A stretch of DNA of 64,000 bases from an uncultured euryarchaeote (lineage in GTDB: Archaea; Thermoplasmatota; Poseidoniia; Poseidoniales; Poseidoniaceae): positions 89,125 to 153,124 of the forward strand of contig CALBIL010000039.1 of the NCBI GenBank assembly GCA_937892945.1, written 5' to 3'. The translations under genes were made by a program, and so were the position numbers. The notes beneath the pieces were generated by a model, which worked only from the letters and a program-made list of their open reading frames with translations, searched no databases and was not told the origin of the DNA. Below, one piece after another: positions 39,578 through 49,715 of this stretch. Numbering within the stretch: position 1 is the stretch's first letter; the number at the start of each line of letters is the position of its first letter.

Positions 39578-40951
39578 TTAATTCTTCCACTTACCTAAAG
39601 CATCTCGAAGTGCAGGTTCGAGCGTTTGATATTGAAATTCATAGCCACTTTCCAAGAGTCGATTTGGTAATACTCTCGCACTATCTGTTGCGAGTGTAAC
39701 ACCCATCTTCCCGAGTAAAAACCAGATGCCGATTGGAGGAACTGGGATGAATGAAGGTCTCCACAAGACTTTCCCTAACACTTTGGCGAATGTCTTTTGT
39801 CGAAGAGGATTCGGTGAACTGAAATTGTAGATTCCCTCGCATTCCTTTGTCATCATCACATAATCAATTCCGTAGACTTGGTCATCCATTGCCATCCACG
39901 AATACCATTGCTTACCCCACCCGATTGGGCCACCTGCGCCAAGTTGTGCCGGTAAGAGCATTTTTTGGAGCGCTCCGCCTGTTGCGTCGAGGACAAGACT
40001 GGTGCGGCAATGAATGGTGCGAATTCCAGCATCTCGAGCCGGTTGAGCAGCTTGTTCCCATGCATCACATACATCGGGTAGGAATCCTTCACCACGTTTT
40101 GATTCTTCAGTGAGTTCTTCATCTCCACGATTCCCATAGAATCCTATGGCACTTGAAACGATGAATACCTCAGGTTTCTTTTCGAGTTGAGCAATTGTCT
40201 TGGCAAGCAGTTCAGTACTTTGTGTTCGGCTGTCTTCGAGTAGCTTCATTCGTTTTTGTGTCCAACGCTTATCGCCAATTCCGGCTCCACCCAGATGGAT
40301 TACGGCATCAAAGCCTTCCAAGTCTTTTGGATTAATTTCCCCTTCACTCGGCTTCCATTTAATCTGATTTTTACCAGGGTCATTTCGTACCAATCGCCAT
40401 ACTTCATGGCCAGCGGTATCGAAAAAGGCAATCAATTGCCGTCCAATGAGTCCAGACGACCCCGCAATGAGGATTCGCTTTCGGTCCATATGTGCAAAAT
40501 CTTGGTAACGTTTTGTATCCTTTTCCAAACGTATTTGACGTGCCGTAAACATTCGCTTCAATCGACGTTTTATGCTCCCTCCGCCAAAAATACGGCCAAG
40601 AACTCCCATTGGGAGTGTGTATTGGACATTATCTTCTACTCGACATGCGCCATCTTCTGTTTCGACAAAGGAGTGGACATGATGCCATGTTTTGAACGGT
40701 CCACTGATCATTGTATCCTCAAAAGCATGAGGTGGATTATAGCCCGAATGTTCAGCAATCCATTTCATTTTAATGGGTCCAAGTGGAATTTGGAATGTTA
40801 AACGCGAGCCGTTTTCCAAGGATGAGAGTTCCCCTACTTGTTCGGCCTTCTCCCAAGGCGGCATCAATCGACGAAAAGCGCCCTTGCGCTCATGCCAGTC
40901 AAATGTATCTTCAACATTGGTTACAACTTGTGTCGTGTGTTTATATTCCAT
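39578..40951 (-). CDS. SRPBCC + TIGR01777 family epimerase/oxidoreductase fusion
   Basis: N-terminal WHERKGAFRRLMPPW...GPFKTWHHVH (SRPBCC), then GSSGLIG, W..A and G.GKQW..W motifs. Confidence 0.88.
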   Translation of the reverse strand: MEYKHTTQVVTNVEDTFDWHERKGAFRRLMPPWEKAEQVGELSSLENGSRLTFQIPLGPIKMKWIAEHSGYNPPHAFEDTMISGPFKTWHHVHSFVETEDGACRVEDNVQYTLPMGVLGRIFGGGSIKRRLKRMFTARQIRLEKDTKRYQDFAHMDRKRILIAGSSGLIGRQLIAFFDTAGHEVWRLVRNDPGKNQIKWKPSEGEINPKDLEGFDAVIHLGGAGIGDKRWTQKRMKLLEDSRTQSTELLAKTIAQLEKKPEVFIVSSAIGFYGNRGDEELTEESKRGEGFLPDVCDAWEQAAQPARDAGIRTIHCRTSLVLDATGGALQKMLLPAQLGAGGPIGWGKQWYSWMAMDDQVYGIDYVMMTKECEGIYNFSSPNPLRQKTFAKVLGKVLWRPSFIPVPPIGIWFLLGKMGVTLATDSARVLPNRLLESGYEFQYQTLEPALRDALGKWKN

Positions 40952-40960
40952 TTGTTCACC

Positions 40961-42457
40961 TCAGTAGCGAAACTCTTGCAAGTAGGGTTTGAGATCGAAC
41001 TTGCGTCGAGTATTGGCAGAAGACATATAGCGAATTTTCCCAAAAATTGCTCGCTCCGGGCCCCATGCTCTATCGTGACGTCCAAGAACCCAGAAAATCC
41101 CTGTGTAGGAATTGGGGTCACGTCCATCAAGTGCGAAACTGTCATTCAGTTCAATCATCCATTCAGCGGCAATTTGCGGAGTAGGAGCCCATTCAAGGAT
41201 TCGCTTACCCCAAAGCATTCTCAAGTAATTATGAATGATACCATCTCGTATTAATTGGCGTTGGGCAGCATTCCAAATTTCGTCATGCGTATCGGCCTCC
41301 TTGATTTGCTCAAAGGTATATTGGATACGTTCATCACTTGCGTGTTCCATCAAAGTGGTTTGCGCCCAGTTTGGAAGAGATTCATATGTGTCGTGTTTTG
41401 GGAGATGATAGGCATTGTTGAATCCAAGTTCCCGCCAAGTGATTATTTGGTCAAGAAAACCTTCAACCGCTCGGTCGAGATTCCACCATCCCTCACGAGA
41501 ACCTTTTCGAGGCATTTGAATGGTTTCAGGGTCCCAACTGTTTGATTGAAGTATTTCCTGAACGATCTCAATGGTTGATATGTGCCCGAAATGAAGCCAT
41601 GGAGAAAGCCCACTTGTTGCAGGCTTACTCACCGCATTGCGGTCATCTGCATATCGGTGCAAACGGTTTGATAGAAATTCATGCAACATGCGAACCGCAG
41701 TGCTACGACCGCCTCGTGATTGAGATACTGGAGGGATAGAATGGTCAATATCGATTGTTGATAACGCTTCACGCCCCGAACTGCCATTCTCTCCAACTCG
41801 CCATAACCATTCGAATGGAGTGACTTTGGCATCCCAATCCGGAGATAATTGTTCAAATAATTCATCGCTCATCCACAGATCTTTACCCTTTGGAATCGGA
41901 TTGAATTGAGGCCAAGTGTCCATGCATTCAACAAATCGCAGATGGACAAAACGACGGAAACCATGTGCAGTTGGGTACGCACGGTCGGTCCAACTCATCG
42001 GAAATACACCATTTGAATCTACAGCCACCATTCGACGATTGGTCGAACGGCTCGCATTTTGAACGGCCTTCAAGGGATAGTAGGTTGGGAAATCATCTGT
42101 AATGATCATTACAGCCTCTTGAGAGAGGTCGTGGAGTTTTCCTTTATGACCGCTTAAAGGGGTTTCAACCCAAGGGATGTAGCGAATGTTATTGTCTTTG
42201 AAAATGCGTATGTTTTCGAGCATGCCTTGAACCATGAAGGTGCAAATACGGTCATTTGAGAACTTGTGACTGGTTGAAATTTCTTCTAACACAAGCAAAG
42301 GAACATTATGTTGAATTGCCATTTCAGCAGCATATTCTAATGCTGCATTATGGTTGAATCGTCGGTTAGCAATCATCCAGTAGAGGATGTATTTTCCTTC
42401 AGAATGCAGTGGATTTTCATTGCAGGAGCGAACACGATCGACCATTCTTGGATTCAT
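40961..42457 (-). CDS. Class II CPD photolyase
   Basis: ILYWM, SGLSPWLHFG, QIITWREL, HNYLRMLWGKRILEW and ALDGRDPNSY class II motifs. Confidence 0.9.
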   Translation of the reverse strand: MNPRMVDRVRSCNENPLHSEGKYILYWMIANRRFNHNAALEYAAEMAIQHNVPLLVLEEISTSHKFSNDRICTFMVQGMLENIRIFKDNNIRYIPWVETPLSGHKGKLHDLSQEAVMIITDDFPTYYPLKAVQNASRSTNRRMVAVDSNGVFPMSWTDRAYPTAHGFRRFVHLRFVECMDTWPQFNPIPKGKDLWMSDELFEQLSPDWDAKVTPFEWLWRVGENGSSGREALSTIDIDHSIPPVSQSRGGRSTAVRMLHEFLSNRLHRYADDRNAVSKPATSGLSPWLHFGHISTIEIVQEILQSNSWDPETIQMPRKGSREGWWNLDRAVEGFLDQIITWRELGFNNAYHLPKHDTYESLPNWAQTTLMEHASDERIQYTFEQIKEADTHDEIWNAAQRQLIRDGIIHNYLRMLWGKRILEWAPTPQIAAEWMIELNDSFALDGRDPNSYTGIFWVLGRHDRAWGPERAIFGKIRYMSSANTRRKFDLKPYLQEFRY

Positions 42458-42945
42458 GCCCTTCCCCCCCAAGATTTTGAAAGCGTGTGCAACATGTAAG
42501 GGTGCCCTTGTTGGGGTTGGTAATCGATCGTTTGTAGAGTCTGATTTGAATTCACAGCAGATGCCGCCATCGAGTGCATTGCATCACTGATCCAATCGAG
42601 TTCTTCGAATTCATCTGCGTGAACAAATCGAGTTTCCGATACTTCATCACCTGGCAGGGGTATTTGGTCTCCTGGCAACTCGACAAGATAAGCAATAAAT
42701 ATTGCAGGAACTTCTTTTAGAAGTCGTTCACGAATTGCTTGTACTCCAATGATTTTACCATCGACATTACATTCCTCTGAAAGTTCTCTTAGGGCAGCGT
42801 GGCTTGGTAACTCGTCCTGATTGACATACCCTTTTGGAAGCCCCCAGGAATCCTTGTATCGACCATGAGCTTCTTTGACCAGTAGAATACTACGAGCCTT
42901 GCGAACAATTGCCGCAACGCCTACATCACATTCTATGGTGTGCAT
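42454..42945 (-). CDS. NUDIX hydrolase
   Basis: WGLPKGYVNQDELPSHAALRELSEECNV Nudix box; overlaps the photolyase start. Confidence 0.88.
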   Translation of the reverse strand: MHTIECDVGVAAIVRKARSILLVKEAHGRYKDSWGLPKGYVNQDELPSHAALRELSEECNVDGKIIGVQAIRERLLKEVPAIFIAYLVELPGDQIPLPGDEVSETRFVHADEFEELDWISDAMHSMAASAVNSNQTLQTIDYQPQQGHPYMLHTLSKSWGGRA

Positions 42946-43040
42946 GAATCTAGAGCTGGAGATTGGATTTATAAAGAAGTGTTTCTGAAAGTTCAAGGTT
43001 TGATACATTGCTTTATATCCGGATTGCCAAATGAACGAAT

Positions 43041-43652
43041 ATGAAGCAGTATCACATCCTTGCACAGAACATTCAATCAGATGCAGTATTGCCTACAGAG
43101 CATGGAAATTTCAGAATACGAGTTTTTGTTGATTCTCAAGGCGCAGAGCATGCCCTCCTGTCTGTTGGACTTGCAGATCTAACCAAGGCCCCGCTTGTGC
43201 GTGTACACTCGGAATGCCTTACTGGTGATGCATTTGGTTCTCTTAAGTGTGATTGTGGACCTCAACTTCAAGCATCGATGGCTCGTATTCAGGAAGAAGG
43301 ATGTGGAGCGATACTCTACATGCGTCAAGAAGGTAGGGGGATTGGTCTTGAAGCAAAAATCCGTGCTTATGCACTGCAAGATCGAGGACTCGACACTCTT
43401 GATGCCAACCTTGCTCTGAATTTACCTGCTGATGCGAGAGAATATGACTTCTGTGCAGTCATGTTGAAGAAGGTCGGAGTTGAACGTGTCCGCCTCATGA
43501 CCAATAATCCGCTTAAAGTGGAAGGTCTCCGTTCGAATGGAATCGCAGTCGATGAACGTCTCCCTCACATAACCGGTCGATGCCAAACAAATAACGACTA
43601 TCTCTCTACGAAAGCAAAGCGTATGGGGCACTTAATCCCAGATCAAGCATAG
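43041..43652 (+). CDS. ribA: GTP cyclohydrolase II
   Basis: [37 protein letters not shown] and YLSTK..RMGH motifs. Confidence 0.96.
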   Translation: MKQYHILAQNIQSDAVLPTEHGNFRIRVFVDSQGAEHALLSVGLADLTKAPLVRVHSECLTGDAFGSLKCDCGPQLQASMARIQEEGCGAILYMRQEGRGIGLEAKIRAYALQDRGLDTLDANLALNLPADAREYDFCAVMLKKVGVERVRLMTNNPLKVEGLRSNGIAVDERLPHITGRCQTNNDYLSTKAKRMGHLIPDQA

Positions 43653-43687
43653 TATCAATTTACATGCAATACCATGGAGGAGTAGTT

Positions 43688-44167
43688 ATGGGAAGTCAAC
43701 TCGTAGGTGAAAAAGCACCAAATTTCACCTTAACATCCTCAACAGAGGAAACGGTATCATTAGCAGATTACGACGGTAAATGGAAGGTTTTGTTTTTTTA
43801 CGCAAAAGACGGCTCACCCACCTGCAAACGCGGATGCCTTACATTCAAAGAACAGTATGATTTGTTCCAATCACTCACACCGCCAGTCGAAATTATTGGT
43901 ATCAGTCAAGATTCACTCGAAGACCATCGGAGGTTTAAATCCCAACACGCCCTTCCTTTCTCACTTTTGAGTGATCCTGAACGTGAAGTTGCTAACGCCT
44001 ATGGGGTTCAACTTCATCTTGGAATATTCCCTACAAAATCTTCATTCCTTATCGGGCCAGACCGAACGGTTCACTACTGCTATGATTGGCTGTTTCGTCC
44101 ACGGCGGCATGTTGCTCGGATTCTTGACGCATTCAGTGCACTTTCATCTGGGGGGAAAATTGAATGA
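43688..44167 (+). CDS. Peroxiredoxin (BCP/PrxQ-like), atypical active site
   Basis: G.KAPNFTL, FFYAKDGSPTC, IGISQD, LPFSLLSD and YGV motifs. Confidence 0.8.
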   Translation: MGSQLVGEKAPNFTLTSSTEETVSLADYDGKWKVLFFYAKDGSPTCKRGCLTFKEQYDLFQSLTPPVEIIGISQDSLEDHRRFKSQHALPFSLLSDPEREVANAYGVQLHLGIFPTKSSFLIGPDRTVHYCYDWLFRPRRHVARILDAFSALSSGGKIE

Positions 44168-45567
44168 ATTGGGCAGAATTATTCCAAGATGCTGGTCTTT
44201 CTGAACGTGAAGCACGCTCTGTTGAAATTCTTTCATCCTCAAAGGAGTTGAAGGCCAGCGAATTGGCCAAAAAACTTGGGACAAATCGATTGGATGCATA
44301 CAATTCTCTTTCCAGATTAACTGAAATCGGATTGGTAAGTGTCACAGCAGACCGTCCAATGCGTTTTTCTTGCCCTTCATTACCTGTGTTGTTCAAGCGT
44401 TTGATAAAAGACCAAAGAGAGCGAATAGACCGAACAAGCCAATCCTTTGAAGAACTCATGTCTGGTGCAAAACCCGATTATGAAAAAGAGGAACAAGTGA
44501 ACTCTGATGAAACGAATGCACGTTTTGCGGTTCTAAAAGGACGAGAACATATTCACAAAAAAATTGCTAATTTTGCCGATGAAGCAGAAGAACGACTTAT
44601 CCTTCTTTTAGGCCGTTTCGGGATCTTACATCTCTGCCGATCATCAGGACTCGAGGAAGTAAATTCAGCAGCTCAAAGAGGTGTTGTTGTGACTGTTATT
44701 GCTCAACTGGACCGCCGTACAGTTCGATTTTATGACCAACTTGATGATTCGATTGAAATCCGTCACACTGATGAAATTAGTTCGCTTGGTGTTCTTCAAG
44801 ATACGAATCAAGTCATTCAATTTCTTCACGTAGAAGAAAACCCTGTTGGTCGTGGGCGTGATGATGCGGCTCTGGTAATCCATTCCGATGTGTTTAGTTC
44901 TTCACACTCTGATTTTGTCTCGGCCATCTGGAGTAAGGCTGTTGATTTTGAAAGTGCGAAAAAGCGATTCACTGAAGAACGAATCGTCGACCCACTTCGA
45001 TTAACAATTGGCCAGGGCTCATTTCTCGACCAATTCCGAGACGCTCTTGGAGTGAATGCTGAATTACCTGATACTGATACACCTTTCAACCCTAAATCCT
45101 TCTTGGCATCGACTCGTGAAATAAATCAGGCACGAAAAGCACTCCAAGGCGGAACTGTGCAAAGTCTCAAACAACTTGGTATTGATATGAATACGATGCT
45201 TCGCCAAATCGGTCAGCGCATCGGTGAAGAGTTGACCTTTAGTTTGAGAAAAATCGAAGGCCATGTCGAATTTCTTAGCGAACTTATGGATTGGTGGGAG
45301 CATGCAGGTTTGGGTGAGTTGGATTACGACAGCGACCCCTTCTTCCACATTGTGGTAAAACTCGCTCATCCTGAAGACATGTATACTCAGAACGCACTCC
45401 CTCTTTGGGAACTCGATGATGGAATTATAGAAGGTGCCTTGATGGCGCGATATCCACTCACAGGGAATGTGAGAATCCGCCGTGAATCTTTTGAAGATGC
45501 TGACGGCCCAACATGGCGCTATACCCTGATTTTCATCGACGATGACCCTGATGAAGAGACGGATTGA
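44164..45567 (+). CDS. TrmB family transcriptional regulator with C-terminal V4R-like domain
   Basis: GLSEREA..., Y.SL..L.EIGLV and RPMRF TrmB HTH; PLD-like middle domain (AAQRGV.V); C-terminal IGQRIG..AGLG..GIIEGAL pattern. Confidence 0.8.
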   Translation: MNWAELFQDAGLSEREARSVEILSSSKELKASELAKKLGTNRLDAYNSLSRLTEIGLVSVTADRPMRFSCPSLPVLFKRLIKDQRERIDRTSQSFEELMSGAKPDYEKEEQVNSDETNARFAVLKGREHIHKKIANFADEAEERLILLLGRFGILHLCRSSGLEEVNSAAQRGVVVTVIAQLDRRTVRFYDQLDDSIEIRHTDEISSLGVLQDTNQVIQFLHVEENPVGRGRDDAALVIHSDVFSSSHSDFVSAIWSKAVDFESAKKRFTEERIVDPLRLTIGQGSFLDQFRDALGVNAELPDTDTPFNPKSFLASTREINQARKALQGGTVQSLKQLGIDMNTMLRQIGQRIGEELTFSLRKIEGHVEFLSELMDWWEHAGLGELDYDSDPFFHIVVKLAHPEDMYTQNALPLWELDDGIIEGALMARYPLTGNVRIRRESFEDADGPTWRYTLIFIDDDPDEETD

Positions 45568-45606
45568 AAAACACTCTTTGATAAGTTCTGCTTTACAGCC
45601 AAAGGT

Positions 45607-46824
45607 ATGCGAATGCTTACTTTTTTTCGGTTTATGCGCCAAATACTCCGTAAGAAGCCCGCAGATCTTGATTGGATTCAGCGCCAAGGTCTAATCGCAG
45701 TAAAACTTGCTCAGATTTTTGCCTTACGTCCAGACTTACTCGGTGTAGAGAAGTGCCGTCAATTACAACAACTGTACCAACACGCTGCATCGATTGAATC
45801 TGAAAACCTGCATGAAACAATTGCATTAAAAGCACCTGCAGGTTTTGCTGACGCGTTTGATTTCATCGATGATGAACCACTTGCAGCAGCTTCGGTTGGC
45901 CAAGTACACCGTGGTCGCTTGAAAACAGGTGAAGAAGTAGTGATCAAATTCATCAAGCAAGCCAATGCAGTCGAATTCAAAAAAGAAGTTGTACGTATGC
46001 GACGATGGTTACGAATTTTCCTTATTTTTGCTCCGAAGTTACGTAAAGTCGGTAACCCAATGGCACTCATCAATCATGTTGCTGATTACACCTTGCGGGA
46101 ACTTGACCTTCGTAACGAAATCAAAGGGGCTGCTGAGTTAATGGAAATTCAAACATCCGTGTCTGATAACTTCGATATGTCGTTATTACGATTTCCGATC
46201 TACTATCCCGAACTGTCGAATCAAGATATTCTTGTTTCTGAGTTCATTGACGGTATGTCGCTTGAAGAAGGTATTGAAACCAATTCTTTGAGTTGGGATT
46301 TCTTGTTACAATTTTTCAGGATACACGGTGCATATCTGTTTGGCATCGGAACATTCCATGGAGACTTGCATCCAGGGAATTGCATTATTGATTCCGATGG
46401 CAAATTTGTTTTTATTGACAACGGTGCTATTTGTCATGCACCACAACATGTAGCCCATTCATTGTTTACCTTTTTCGACCATCTCTCACGTCAAGAACGT
46501 CATGAAGCGTTCACAGCTTTACTTACGATGACTGAATTACCCCCAAACAAAAAGAAATTGGAGAAGTATTATGCTACAATGGAAGAGATTTATCATGATT
46601 TTGAACTCAAACCTGTTGGAGAACAAAGTTTGACTCGAATTATGATGCGAACAGTTCGGGCAGCAGTTGAACATGCAGGTGCTCATTTTGGTGAAGAAGC
46701 CTTCCCAATTATTCGGGCATTGATGTATCTTGATGGATTAGTCATTCGAACTCATCCTGATGCACTTCTTATACAATCAATGGGGCCGTTTTTGGAAGAG
46801 TTCAAAACAAAACTGAATATTTGA
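45607..46824 (+). CDS. ABC1/UbiB/AarF family atypical kinase
   Basis: VKLAQ..ALRPDL, PLAAASVGQVH, VVIK, ELDLRNE, FHGDLHPGN and FIDNG motifs. Confidence 0.92.
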   Translation: MRMLTFFRFMRQILRKKPADLDWIQRQGLIAVKLAQIFALRPDLLGVEKCRQLQQLYQHAASIESENLHETIALKAPAGFADAFDFIDDEPLAAASVGQVHRGRLKTGEEVVIKFIKQANAVEFKKEVVRMRRWLRIFLIFAPKLRKVGNPMALINHVADYTLRELDLRNEIKGAAELMEIQTSVSDNFDMSLLRFPIYYPELSNQDILVSEFIDGMSLEEGIETNSLSWDFLLQFFRIHGAYLFGIGTFHGDLHPGNCIIDSDGKFVFIDNGAICHAPQHVAHSLFTFFDHLSRQERHEAFTALLTMTELPPNKKKLEKYYATMEEIYHDFELKPVGEQSLTRIMMRTVRAAVEHAGAHFGEEAFPIIRALMYLDGLVIRTHPDALLIQSMGPFLEEFKTKLNI

Positions 46825-46833
46825 GGGAGTTCG

Positions 46834-48075
46834 ATGGAACATTCAGTTGCTGTAATCGGAGCAGGATTGGCTGGTTTACAGTGCGCACTTCTTCTCAAAG
46901 AAGCAGGAATAGATGTTCATGTCTTTGAACGTGAACACCATGTTGGGGGTCGAATGAAAACTGAAAAAGTCGATGGTTTCTTGCTTGACTACGGTTTCCA
47001 CGTCATGCAAACAGCGTATCCCACTTCACAAAGAGTGTTTGATTTTGAAGCACTCAATGTCCAAGCGTTTGAACCAGGAGCGATGATTGTTCAAAAGAAA
47101 AAGAACAAGGCTAAGTTTTGGCGAATGGCAGATCCTTTCCGAAGACCAATTCAGGGTGCTATGAGTGGAATGAATCGGTTTGCTTCCCCTGTTGATTTAT
47201 TGCGTGTCGCTCGCCTACGTTTTGCCGTAAGAAAAGGCAAAACAGAACAAGTGTTCGAAGGTGAGAACAAGGACACCCTTTCTTACCTGAAACAGCAAGG
47301 GTTCTCGCAAAGTATAATCGACCGTTTTTTCCATCCACTTTTCACTGGAATTTTTCTCGAAGATGACCTAAGGACAAATGAACGAATGTTCCGTTTTGTA
47401 TTCCGAATGATGTCAAAAGGGAACATGGTGCTACCGCGTGAAGGCATTGTTGCTGCACCAAATCAACTTGCTCAACGGCTGGGGAAAGACCGCATTCACT
47501 TGAACTCCACTGTTTCGTTTGTCGATGACACCACCCTTGACATCAATGGTCAATCAAAATCGTTTGATGCAGTCGTTCGTGCTTTCAATACCAATCAATC
47601 GAATGAAAAGCGGCATGTATGGACATTACACTTTGATGCTGAACAATCACCTCTCAACAGCAGGCATGTCTTACTCAATGGAGATGTCAAAATAAATGAT
47701 GGCCTGATTGCCCACCTTGCCGTACCTTCAGATGTTCAACCGGAATATGCACCAGCTGGGCGGTCATTAGTAACCGTCACAGTGGTTGGGGAGCGTGCAG
47801 ATTCACTCGGGCTCAAAGAGGCTGCTGAAATAGAGGAAGCAGTTCGAAATGAAGTCAAATTATGGTTCCCTGATACATCATTGAATTGGCGCTTATTAGC
47901 CGTTCAACATATCGAACATGCCCTTCCTGAGGTTGGGAGTGAACGCCCTCTCCTCGCCACACCCCAAGGCCATGGTTTCGAATGTGGTGACCAGATGCTG
48001 CACGGGAGCGTAGAAGGTGCGTTGCTCTCAGCTGAAGCAGTTGCAAACGCCGTCGTTGTCCATCTCCAGGTTTGA
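46834..48075 (+). CDS. FAD-dependent oxidoreductase (amine oxidase/phytoene desaturase superfamily)
   Basis: VIGAGLAGL, GGRMKT, GFLLDYGFH and C-terminal CGD...SVEGALLS motifs. Confidence 0.88.
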   Translation: MEHSVAVIGAGLAGLQCALLLKEAGIDVHVFEREHHVGGRMKTEKVDGFLLDYGFHVMQTAYPTSQRVFDFEALNVQAFEPGAMIVQKKKNKAKFWRMADPFRRPIQGAMSGMNRFASPVDLLRVARLRFAVRKGKTEQVFEGENKDTLSYLKQQGFSQSIIDRFFHPLFTGIFLEDDLRTNERMFRFVFRMMSKGNMVLPREGIVAAPNQLAQRLGKDRIHLNSTVSFVDDTTLDINGQSKSFDAVVRAFNTNQSNEKRHVWTLHFDAEQSPLNSRHVLLNGDVKINDGLIAHLAVPSDVQPEYAPAGRSLVTVTVVGERADSLGLKEAAEIEEAVRNEVKLWFPDTSLNWRLLAVQHIEHALPEVGSERPLLATPQGHGFECGDQMLHGSVEGALLSAEAVANAVVVHLQV

Positions 48076-48079
48076 TTGT

Positions 48080-49714
48080 ATGATTGATCTTAGTTCAACC
48101 TCTTCCCAGAGCGGCTTTGCGCAACGAATCCTTGCTCCCTCGGAACCTGTTGATGCATGGGTGTGGGTGAGTTACGATCAGCTCAACCTCGAACTCTTGA
48201 AGGGAATTCAAGAGCGAATCGGGTCCATCGGAATACTCCTCATTGAATCTGAATCGAAAGGACGTTCACGACCATTCCACAAACAAAAACTAGCTTTCGT
48301 ACTCTCAAACCTCCGGCATTTTGCATTAGAGGCTCAAGTAAGTGGTTATCAAGTCCGTTATGTTGTTTCGAAAGGCGGCTATTCACAAACGCTGTCTTCG
48401 CTGCGTGGCGACTTGGGAGCGATTCATTGCATCGCACATGCCGAACGCTCCACCCGCGTCGAAGTTCAATCGCTTGTGGAACAAGGTGACCTCATCGTCC
48501 ACCCGCATTGCGGTTGGCTAACTCCCCGAGCATGGTTTACCGATGCAGTTGGGGAACAACCTCCATTCCGAATGGACCCATTCTACCGGTCTGTTCGGAA
48601 AAAAACTGGATGGCTTATGCAAGATGGTCAGCCAATGGGTGGGAAATATAGTTTTGATGAAGCGAATCGCCATCCCTGGAAAGGCGACCCTCCAGCCCCC
48701 TCTACCCCCATCTACGAAGTCGATGAAATTGATGAAGAAGTGGCGACAGTCATCGGTCGTGTATTTTCAGAAAACCCCGGTCGTGTTGATTTGAGTCAAC
48801 TTCCAACATCGAGTGCTGACATCGAACAAGCACGAAACTTTGCTGTACAATGCTTGACTCATTTTGGCACCTATGAAGATGCGATGTCAACCGAAAGCCG
48901 TGGCCTGTTTCACACCCGCCTGGCCTCATTGATCAACCTTCATCGAATCATGCCCGTACAGGCGATTCACTTTGCGCTTGAAAGCACGGCTGAACTTAAC
49001 AATGTGGAAGGCTTTCTTCGACAGTTAATTTGGCGTGAGTATGTCCATCACATCCATGCAGTCACGGATGGTTTCCGGACTCTTGAGGTCAACCGTTCGC
49101 TTTCACGACGAGATGCAAATTGGTTTGAATCGGCTCCTCTGGACAATGAACTTCATCCGAACCACCTCGAACAAACTTTCTCGCTCCCACAAGCCTATTG
49201 GGGGCAGAAAAGCGGTCTCGCATGTTTGGATGAATCGGTCGCTTCTGTCATGGATGAAGGATGGACCCATCACATTCCGAGGCTCATGGTGTTGAGCAAC
49301 ATTGCGCATCTCATCGATGTTCATCCAAGGGAGCTTACCGATTGGTTTCACGTCGCGTTCATTGACGCTTATGATTGGGTTGTGGAACCAAACGTGTTGG
49401 GAATGGGAACCTTTGCGCTTGGTTCAGCGATGATGACCAAACCCTATATTGCGGGCTCTGCCTACATCAACCGGATGAGCAACCACTGCAAAAAATGCGA
49501 GTTCCATCCGAAAAAAACATGTCCTATTTCTCGTTTGTATTGGGCTTACCTCGACCGTCATTCCCCTGCGTTTATGGGCAATCATCGTCTTTCGATGGCC
49601 ATGAAGAATGTTGCAAAAAGAAGCGATGAACAACGCAGCTTCGACCATAAGACCTTTTTGATGGTTCAAGATGCATTGGCGAACGGTCGCACCTTACGCC
49701 CTGATGAGCAATGA
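48080..49714 (+). CDS. FeS-BCP cryptochrome/photolyase (PhrB/CryB-like prokaryotic 6-4 photolyase)
   Basis: DQL, HKQKL, RMDPFYR, GGKYSFD..NR, HHIPRLMV, IDAYDWVVEPNVLGM, TKPY and YINRMSNHCKKC...CP (FeS Cys) motifs. Confidence 0.9.
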   Translation: MIDLSSTSSQSGFAQRILAPSEPVDAWVWVSYDQLNLELLKGIQERIGSIGILLIESESKGRSRPFHKQKLAFVLSNLRHFALEAQVSGYQVRYVVSKGGYSQTLSSLRGDLGAIHCIAHAERSTRVEVQSLVEQGDLIVHPHCGWLTPRAWFTDAVGEQPPFRMDPFYRSVRKKTGWLMQDGQPMGGKYSFDEANRHPWKGDPPAPSTPIYEVDEIDEEVATVIGRVFSENPGRVDLSQLPTSSADIEQARNFAVQCLTHFGTYEDAMSTESRGLFHTRLASLINLHRIMPVQAIHFALESTAELNNVEGFLRQLIWREYVHHIHAVTDGFRTLEVNRSLSRRDANWFESAPLDNELHPNHLEQTFSLPQAYWGQKSGLACLDESVASVMDEGWTHHIPRLMVLSNIAHLIDVHPRELTDWFHVAFIDAYDWVVEPNVLGMGTFALGSAMMTKPYIAGSAYINRMSNHCKKCEFHPKKTCPISRLYWAYLDRHSPAFMGNHRLSMAMKNVAKRSDEQRSFDHKTFLMVQDALANGRTLRPDEQ

Positions 49715-49715
49715 T

